Shown here one piece after another: positions 62,741 to 64,000 of a stretch of DNA of 64,000 nt. The DNA lies in assembly GCA_946965045.2 (NCBI GenBank), contig OX337228.1, forward strand, positions 5,456,001 to 5,520,000, in the 5' to 3' direction. The DNA comes from Epithemia pelagica. Its lineage: Eukaryota > Protista > Bacillariophyta. Each line of letters begins with the position of its first letter. Position 1 is the first letter of the stretch. The notes below the pieces were generated by a model that was not told where the DNA came from, made no database searches, and saw nothing but the letters and a program-made list of their open reading frames with translations. The position numbers and the translations under genes are program-made.

Positions 62741-63330
62741 CGTTGCTGGCGCCGTTATGTCACGGGAGTGTTAGGTGTACGACAGAGGAGGCCGGCCGTC
62801 CTTTATAGTTTTCTGTCTCTTGTTTCTCCTGTTACAGCTCGGAAACTCAACGGGACAGTGGAATAGAGACGGTTGGTCCAAGAAGACGTGAGGTGATGGG
62901 CGATGCCAACAAAAGGTATCTTCAGCGACCGACGGTGGCGCGAAAATCTGGGAAACGCTTCTGGGTCGCTCCAAATGTCACCTTCGAAATAGCTATGACA
63001 ATAATCATCTCTTCTAAGGATAAAAAATGAATAGGAGTAATGGAGGTCCCCATCTCGTATGTCATCTGTCATCTGTCGTTCCCTGTTGGCCCTACGAGAA
63101 AGACACGTCAATTTGCGTTCTTTATCGAATCACAAACTCTGCGAACGGATGGAAAATACGTCATAAGGCAGGCAGCAAGAGGTGTCCGCCTTCCGCCTAG
63201 ATGTACTTTTCTACAATGCTAGTGCCAAGATAGACGGTGCTTCGGTGTAGAATGGTAAAGGGTATCGAAATGAATGAAAGAAAGACGTACGAGTTCCAAT
63301 ATTTATCAACTTGACACCTAGATCCTAACT

Positions 63331-64000
63331 CTAGCCGCTTTGCGATTTCAGCCACTTATCGTACTTGCCCTGCTGTGTTTTGAACAACTTTTGAGCCTTC
63401 TTCTTTTGGTTTTTGTTGAGTTCTTCATCATTCGAATCGTGGGTTGGAACGCCTTCGTCGTCAAACTTGGTGTACATCGGAGTAGTTTCGTCTTCTAAGG
63501 TCAATTGTTTCATGTATTCGGACGGCGACAACTTGTTGAGAGCTTCTTTCTTTGCGGCCTCCGCATCCTTGGCCGCCTTTTCTTCCGCCTTTCGCTCCAT
63601 TTCGGCCTTACGCTGTTCCATTTCCCTTCGCAAATCATCTGGGTTTGCCAACTTCCAAACTGACCCATCGCTCTTATCTTCTAGACGAACTCCTAGTTGA
63701 GGCAGGGCTTCGTCACGGAAACTATCGCAAAGCTCCAAAACGCCTGATAAATCCTTGTTACGCGCCTTCTCTCGGACTGCACTGCGAAAAGACATTAGGG
63801 CATCCAGAACAGGAGCCAAATGATCTTCTCTCGAGGTGCCTCCAGACGCAGAATCGTCGTTCGATGAGAAACCAATAGAACCTAGGCCGTTCAATCCAAA
63901 CAAATCAAGGATTCGGGTAATGTAGGAGGCAACATTCCGAACCACAAGACCAATGGTCTCTCCGCTAGGCGACTCCATGTACACGTTTGTGGCCTTGACA
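63331..64000 (-). CDS. CARS1: Cysteinyl-tRNA synthetase, C-terminal part (gene enters from the right edge)
   Basis: FRSAVREKAR...LCDSFRDEALPQLGVRLED and YTKFDDEGVPTHD...NQKKKAQK are typical of the eukaryotic CysRS C-terminus. The frame stays open to 64000 (VKATNVYM). Confidence 0.88.
   Translation of the reverse strand, partial: VKATNVYMESPSGETIGLVVRNVASYITRILDLFGLNGLGSIGFSSNDDSASGGTSREDHLAPVLDALMSFRSAVREKARNKDLSGVLELCDSFRDEALPQLGVRLEDKSDGSVWKLANPDDLRREMEQRKAEMERKAEEKAAKDAEAAKKEALNKLSPSEYMKQLTLEDETTPMYTKFDDEGVPTHDSNDEELNKNQKKKAQKLFKTQQGKYDKWLKSQSG

Larger units (their letters stand above)
55447..62800 (-). mobile_element. Full-length two-ORF non-LTR retrotransposon, CRE-like (RT + restriction-like endonuclease), ~7.35 kb
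   Basis: Two intact ORFs, short A-rich 3' tail (aaaaataaaa), candidate TSD ctttat at 55441-55446 and 62801-62806, and a sharp shift to a strongly C/A-rich sense strand relative to flanking genes. Confidence 0.9.

Noticed and set aside
55469-62866. Numerous 100-290-aa plus-strand ORFs inside the retroelement
   Set aside because: Antisense shadows caused by C/A-biased codons, which leave few stops on the opposite strand. V/G/W-rich with no motifs.
62807-63330. Spliced-leader, snRNA or telomeric target flanking the CRE-like element
   Set aside because: No telomere repeat or recognisable RNA gene on either flank by eye. An Infernal/Rfam scan of the reconstructed empty site would settle it.

Overview
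Gene-dense eukaryotic DNA, most consistent with a diatom (stramenopile): short GT-AG introns of about 75-145 bp, short intergenic gaps, and LRR, ankyrin, TPR, bHLH and bZIP genes. The species cannot be fixed from sequence alone. Recognisable housekeeping genes are p23, TIM21, CTR9, a GLYR-type reductase, ATP10 and the 3' end of CysRS. Two regions stand out. (1) At 28.4-34.6 kb, two unrelated NAD+-dependent sugar-phosphate cyclases lie side by side on the minus strand. One is an EEVS-type sedoheptulose-7-phosphate cyclase. The other is a three-exon, ~1105-aa fusion of a divergent myo-inositol-phosphate synthase, a PfkB kinase and an HMG-box-like insert. Two phosphatase/phytase-like membrane proteins lie nearby. 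This is a candidate cyclitol locus, but co-function is inference. (2) At 55.4-62.8 kb there is an apparently intact two-ORF CRE-like non-LTR retrotransposon (zinc fingers, RT, restriction-like endonuclease). It has an ATGA stop/start overlap directly behind a hairpin, an atypical IMDD RT motif, and a candidate 6-bp TSD, and it sits 45 bp upstream of a host start codon. Other items are a ~185-bp-arm inverted repeat, a secreted GK-repeat protein at the left edge that the ORF track missed, a 3537-aa single-exon TBC protein, and an orphan Pol III B-box in a stem-loop. Exon boundaries were inferred by eye from splice consensus and reading-frame continuity. Family calls rest on recognised motifs; no database search was run.
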